A DNA stretch of 64,000 nucleotides, taken from NCBI GenBank assembly GCA_963757335.1, contig CAVWRJ010000021.1, positions 256,853 to 320,852 on the forward strand, given 5' to 3'. This document shows positions 59,819 through 64,000 of this stretch, one piece after another. Origin of the DNA: an uncultured Acidobacteriota bacterium. GTDB taxonomy: Bacteria; Acidobacteriota; Thermoanaerobaculia; Multivoradales; UBA5704. The stretch's first letter is position 1, and each line of letters opens with the position of its first letter. Under the pieces are notes generated by a model. That model made no database searches, was not told where the DNA came from, and saw only the letters and a list, made by a program, of their open reading frames with translations. The position numbers were made by a program, and so were the translations under genes.

Positions 59819-61225
59819 CTATCTCCGCGCTCCGGCCCGCACCCGCCGCCTCGAGAGCACCGCGCCGGACGCCGCCAAGAGGATCACCAGGATCACCATG
59901 CCCACCGGCCCGAGCGCCGGGACGGCGACGGCCGGGAGCGGCGCGAAGACGTGGACGGCGCCGCAGGCCCGGCCGCTCGAGGGGGGCGGGCAGGGCTCGA
60001 AGTTGGCGCCCGCGAGGGCGAGGTCGCCGCTGTTCGCGAGGGCGACCGAGGTCCCGAGCTGAGAGGAGTCGACCGGGGCTGCGGCGGTCAGCTCCTGCCT
60101 CTGGGTCCAGGTCCCGGCAGCGTTGGCGAAGACGAAAACCGCCCCGCACTGGCCAGCGCCGCAGGGCTCTCCCGAAGCACTGATGAGGGCGGTTCCGGCA
60201 TCGTCGGTCAAGGCGACGGAGATGCCGAATTCGGCGAACGCTGCCTCAGTTGTGGGGGCGAGCCGTGCCACCTGGCTCCAGGCGGAGGCGCGGGTGAAGA
60301 CGTGCGCCGTGCCGCAGTCCTGCCCCGCGGCGCAGTCGAAGGAGGCCCGGCCGACGAGGGCGTAGCCGCCGTCCCCGGAGAGGGCGACCGACCAGCCGAA
60401 ATCGGAGTGGGCCTGGGGATCGGCGGCGGTGAGCTTCTTAATCTGGAGCCAGCTCGCGCCGCCCCCCATGTAGAGGTAGGCCGCCCCGCAGCCGAACCCC
60501 AGGCCGCAGGTGTCGGCGGGCTTGCCGACGAGCGCTGTCGTGCCGTCGGCGGAGAGGGCCACCGACTCGCCGAAATTGTCGGCGGCGGCGAGGTCCAGGG
60601 GCGTCAGCTGGACGTCCTGCGTCCAACTGGCACCGCCGCCGGTGAAGACGTAGGCGGTGCCGCAGAAGATGCCGGCCGGGCAGCCGGCGAAAGGCGCCCC
60701 GACGAGCGCCTCGGTGCCGTCGGCCGAGAGGGCGACGGCAGAGCCGAATTGGGCGTTGGTCGAGGCGTCGGCGGCGGTGAGCTTTGCCGCCTGGCTCCAG
60801 ACGCCGCCGGAGCGGGTGAAGACGTAGACCGCGCCGCATCCCGTACCCGCGAGGCAGCTTTTGCCGGGCGCCCCGATGAGGGCGGTCGAGCCGTCCGCCG
60901 AGAGGGCGATCGCCCTGCCGAAGCCGTCATTCTGGGCCGCGTCGGCGGCGATGAGCTTGGTGCCGCCGCTAAAAGTGCCGCCGTTGCCGAAGTAGACGTA
61001 GACCGCGCCGCAGTCGAGGCCGGCGGCACAGCTCGCCTGGGTCGCCCCGGCGAGGGCGATAGCGCCGTCGCGCGACAGCGCCACCCCGACGCCCAACTCA
61101 TCGAGAGGCATGGCGTCCGGAGCGGTCAAGACCTCGCGCTCGACCAGGGGCAGCCCGGCGCTCAAGAGGGGCGACGTTACGGCGAGCAGCAGGGCGAAAA
61201 CGTACGCGGCCGTCCGAATCTGCAT
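59819..61225 (-). CDS. FG-GAP repeat (integrin-alpha-like beta-propeller) protein with signal peptide and C-terminal TM anchor
   Basis: At least 7 repeats of the form FG-SVALS-DG-TALVGAP...CGAVYVF. Confidence 0.75.
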   Translation of the reverse strand: MQIRTAAYVFALLLAVTSPLLSAGLPLVEREVLTAPDAMPLDELGVGVALSRDGAIALAGATQASCAAGLDCGAVYVYFGNGGTFSGGTKLIAADAAQNDGFGRAIALSADGSTALIGAPGKSCLAGTGCGAVYVFTRSGGVWSQAAKLTAADASTNAQFGSAVALSADGTEALVGAPFAGCPAGIFCGTAYVFTGGGASWTQDVQLTPLDLAAADNFGESVALSADGTTALVGKPADTCGLGFGCGAAYLYMGGGASWLQIKKLTAADPQAHSDFGWSVALSGDGGYALVGRASFDCAAGQDCGTAHVFTRASAWSQVARLAPTTEAAFAEFGISVALTDDAGTALISASGEPCGAGQCGAVFVFANAAGTWTQRQELTAAAPVDSSQLGTSVALANSGDLALAGANFEPCPPPSSGRACGAVHVFAPLPAVAVPALGPVGMVILVILLAASGAVLSRRRVRAGARR

Positions 61226-61332
61226 TCAATTGTCTCCCGGAAAGATGCTAATATATCATAAATTATCCCAGCGCCGCATCCTCCTCTCGTCCCCTGCCGC
61301 TCCTATCGCGATATCGTTCTCCTTCGGCGACG

Positions 61333-62886
61333 ATGCCGACGCTTCCCGGAGACTGCTCGATGCGCCGTACCGCTCTCCCTCTCGCCCTCTCTCTCACCCT
61401 TCTCGCCGGGCCTGCCGGTTCCGCCGGCCTGCCGGCCGTCCCCGGCCCGCTGCCCCATCCTGCCACGGCGCCTGCCACGGGGCTGCCGCCGGGGGTTCAC
61501 CCCCTGGCGCCGAAGCTCGCCCGGCGGATGGACAAGTTGGTGCAGGCGGCGGAGCGGGCGCGGGGGCTGAAGCTCAAGCATCCGGTACCCTACGGCGCAC
61601 TCGACGAGAAGGGATTGAAGGCCAAGGTGGCCGAGACCCTGGCGGAGGACCTGCCGCCCGAGCAGATGCGCGCCTTGGAAGTGAGCCTCCGGGCGTTCGG
61701 GCTCCTGCCGGAGGGGGAGAGCGCGGGGAAGGTCTACCGCGACCTCCTCGGCCAGCAGGTCGCCGCCTTCTACGATCCGGAGAAGAAATACCTCGCCATG
61801 GTCGAGCGCCCGGGGAAGAGCGGCGAGGCCGAGCTGGACAAGACCTTCGGCGCCGATCTCGCCCGCCGGGCCCAGGAGGGGATCGTCGTCCACGAGCTGA
61901 CCCACGCCATCGACGACCAGAGCTTCGATCTCGGCCGGATGGCGAAGAGCGACCCCTTGTCGGACGGCGCCGCCGCCTTCCTCGGCCTGGTCGAGGGGGA
62001 CGCGACCCTCACCATGTTCGACTTCGTCCTCGGCAAAAGGGTCGCCGAGGTCCCCGGTTTCGGCTTGAGCGTGAGCGAGATGATGAAGGACCCCGGCCAG
62101 CTCGCCGCCATGTCCCCCGACCTCCCGGGGAGCGCCGGGCTCGCCGACGCCCCGGTCTGGTTCCGCGACACCCTCCTGTTCAGCTATCTCCAGGGGTTCG
62201 CCTTCTGCCTCCACCTGGAGCGCCGGGGCGGCAGCAAGCTCCTCGACTACGCCTTCGCCAAGGACCCGCCGCGCTCGACCGAGCAGATCCTCCACCCCGA
62301 AAAGTGGCTCGACCGGAGAGACGACCCGATCGAGCTCGCCTGGCCCGACCTGACCGCCGCCCTGCCGGGCTGGAAGAAGGCCGCCGAGGGGCAAATGGGG
62401 GAGGAGGGGATGCTCATCCTTCTCCGCCAGGCGGGGAAGGGGCCGGAGGTGGCGGTAGCTTCGGCAACGCCAGCCGCGCCAGCGACTCCAGCGCCCCCGG
62501 CACCTCCGGCGGCTCTGGTGACCCCGGCGGCCGCCGCGGCCGGCTGGGGGGGCGACCGTTTCGCCGTCTACGAGAAGGCGGGCCAACGCCTGCTCCTCTG
62601 GCTCACCGAGTGGGACGGCGAGTCCGACGCCACCGAGTTCCAGACCGCCGCGGCCCGGCTGGGGGAGGACTGGCAGGTGGTGCGCTCCGCTCCCACCCGG
62701 GTCGTTCTCTCCCGGAGTCCGAAGGGCGCCCTGGCGCCGGAGCCGCTGGCCGCGGCCGAGGCGGCGCTCGCCGCGGTTCAGGCCGTCCGGCCGGCGAACA
62801 AAAACATCGATCTGAAGGAGCTGGGGATCGCCCCGACGCCGGCATCGCCGACATCGGACGGAAGCGAAAGCCGCCCCGGACCTTAG
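61333..62886 (+). CDS. secreted protein with HExxH motif (putative zinc metallopeptidase) and Pro/Ala-rich linker
   Basis: Signal peptide; VVHELTHAIDDQ; no family assigned. Confidence 0.45.
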   Translation: MPTLPGDCSMRRTALPLALSLTLLAGPAGSAGLPAVPGPLPHPATAPATGLPPGVHPLAPKLARRMDKLVQAAERARGLKLKHPVPYGALDEKGLKAKVAETLAEDLPPEQMRALEVSLRAFGLLPEGESAGKVYRDLLGQQVAAFYDPEKKYLAMVERPGKSGEAELDKTFGADLARRAQEGIVVHELTHAIDDQSFDLGRMAKSDPLSDGAAAFLGLVEGDATLTMFDFVLGKRVAEVPGFGLSVSEMMKDPGQLAAMSPDLPGSAGLADAPVWFRDTLLFSYLQGFAFCLHLERRGGSKLLDYAFAKDPPRSTEQILHPEKWLDRRDDPIELAWPDLTAALPGWKKAAEGQMGEEGMLILLRQAGKGPEVAVASATPAAPATPAPPAPPAALVTPAAAAAGWGGDRFAVYEKAGQRLLLWLTEWDGESDATEFQTAAARLGEDWQVVRSAPTRVVLSRSPKGALAPEPLAAAEAALAAVQAVRPANKNIDLKELGIAPTPASPTSDGSESRPGP

Positions 62887-62937
62887 AGGGTCGCGGGGCG
62901 GCAGGGGATCTTCAGCGAAAGAGGCGTACCGGCAGTC

Positions 62938-64000
62938 TTAGATCGCCCGCGTCATGAGCTCGGCGACGGCGCGGTTGAACTTGACCGGCTCGGGAAGCTC
63001 GCCGCCCTCGGCCAGGAGACCGGCGCCGAAGAGGAGCTGGGCGTACTCTTCGAGGACCGGATCGTTCTGATCCTGCTCGTAGCGCGCCTTGAGCTTGGCG
63101 ACGATCTCGTGCTTGGGGTTGAGCTCCATGATCCGGCGCTGCTTGGGGCCGCCGCCCTTCCCCTTCTGGAGGAGCTTTTCGAGCTGCGGGCTGTAGTCGT
63201 GCTCGGCGCCGACGAGGCAGACCGGCGAGTTGGTGAGCCGGTTGGTGAGGCGCACCTGCTTGACCCACTCGTCGAGCTTCTTCTGGAGAGTGTCTAAGAG
63301 CGGCTTCATCTCCTCTTCCTTCGCCTTCAGCTCTTCTTCGGTCTGCTTTTTCTCCTCTTCGTTGCCGAGGTTGACCGTGCCCTTGCCGACCGACTTCAAT
63401 TTCTTGCCGTCATACTCGTTGAGCGACTGGGTCAAAAGCTCGTCGACCGTGTCGACCAGGTAGAGCACCTCGTAACCCTTGTCCCGGATCGCCTCCAGGT
63501 GCGGCGAGGTCTCGACCTGGGCCCGCGACTCGCCGGGGAGATAGAAGATCTCCTTCTGATCCTCCTTCATCCGCGAGACGTAGTCCTTGAGCGAGGTGAG
63601 CTTCTCGGGATCGGCGGACGACTCGAAGACCAGGAGCTCTAAGAGCTTCTCCTTGTTCTCATAGTCGGCGCTCACCCCCTCCTTGATGGCGCGGCCGAAC
63701 TCCTTCCAGAACTTCAAGTACTCGTCGTACTCCTTCTCCTTCATCTCGGTCAGGACGTCCAAGATCTTCTTGGTCAGACCCTTCCGGATGAGGGTGATGA
63801 AGCGGTCCTGCTGGAGCATCTCGCGGGAGACGTTCAAGGCGAGATCCGGCGAATCGACGACGCCGCGGATGAAGCGCAGGTAGCGCGGCAGCAGGTCCTC
63901 GCACTTCTCCAGGATCTGGATGCGCTTGACGTAGAGCTGGAGGCCGACTTTCGAGGCGACGTAATAGAGGTCGTAGGGCGCCGCCGCCGGGATGAAGAGG
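62938..64000 (-). CDS. htpG: molecular chaperone HtpG (Hsp90), C-terminal part; the gene continues beyond the window end
   Basis: ...LYVKRIQILEKCEDLLPRYLRFIRGVVDSPDLALNVSREMLQQDR... and the C-terminal dimerisation domain. Confidence 0.95.
   Translation of the reverse strand, partial: LFIPAAAPYDLYYVASKVGLQLYVKRIQILEKCEDLLPRYLRFIRGVVDSPDLALNVSREMLQQDRFITLIRKGLTKKILDVLTEMKEKEYDEYLKFWKEFGRAIKEGVSADYENKEKLLELLVFESSADPEKLTSLKDYVSRMKEDQKEIFYLPGESRAQVETSPHLEAIRDKGYEVLYLVDTVDELLTQSLNEYDGKKLKSVGKGTVNLGNEEEKKQTEEELKAKEEEMKPLLDTLQKKLDEWVKQVRLTNRLTNSPVCLVGAEHDYSPQLEKLLQKGKGGGPKQRRIMELNPKHEIVAKLKARYEQDQNDPVLEEYAQLLFGAGLLAEGGELPEPVKFNRAVAELMTRAI

Overview
High-GC (~68-70%) bacterial chromosomal window, probably Acidobacteriota or Myxococcota-like by GC and gene content, though the lineage is uncertain. 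Most of it is housekeeping: zwf-pgl, prmA-rsmE, ilvE, pilT, recX, alaS, pgsA, pyk, htpG, and a polysaccharide glycosyltransferase locus. The accessory content I can support is as follows. (1) A ~6.6 kb island sits at the 3' end of sbcC, bounded by a ~420 bp ~97% identical duplication of the sbcC 3' end. It carries a 1102-aa caspase(C14)-unknown-alpha/beta-hydrolase protein and a divergent operon of two CHAT-domain proteins, one with a degenerate catalytic His. I propose this as a candidate, apparently undescribed protease-cascade conflict/cell-death module. (2) A NACHT-LRR (NLR-like STAND) gene with near-identical 66-bp LRR repeats lies next to an IS1634-family IS. The IS inserted, with a TTAA target-site duplication, exactly into a 42-bp tandem repeat array. 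(3) A standalone TIR-like (COG4271-type) protein has an unrecognised C-terminal domain. (4) A KaiC-like ATPase is translationally coupled to a hybrid histidine kinase. (5) A dispersed ~80-95 bp palindromic element has a conserved 50-nt core and covarying arms in 4 copies, one in-frame inside a membrane glycosyltransferase gene. (6) Several structured intergenic arrays are present: 21-bp iteron-like repeats, the pilT-recX palindrome nest, and 45-bp direct repeats. At least 11 conserved genes carry single-base frameshifts, mostly at homopolymers, so the assembly probably has uncorrected indel errors. Split ORFs should not be read as pseudogenes without checking. No tRNA, rRNA or CRISPR array was found.
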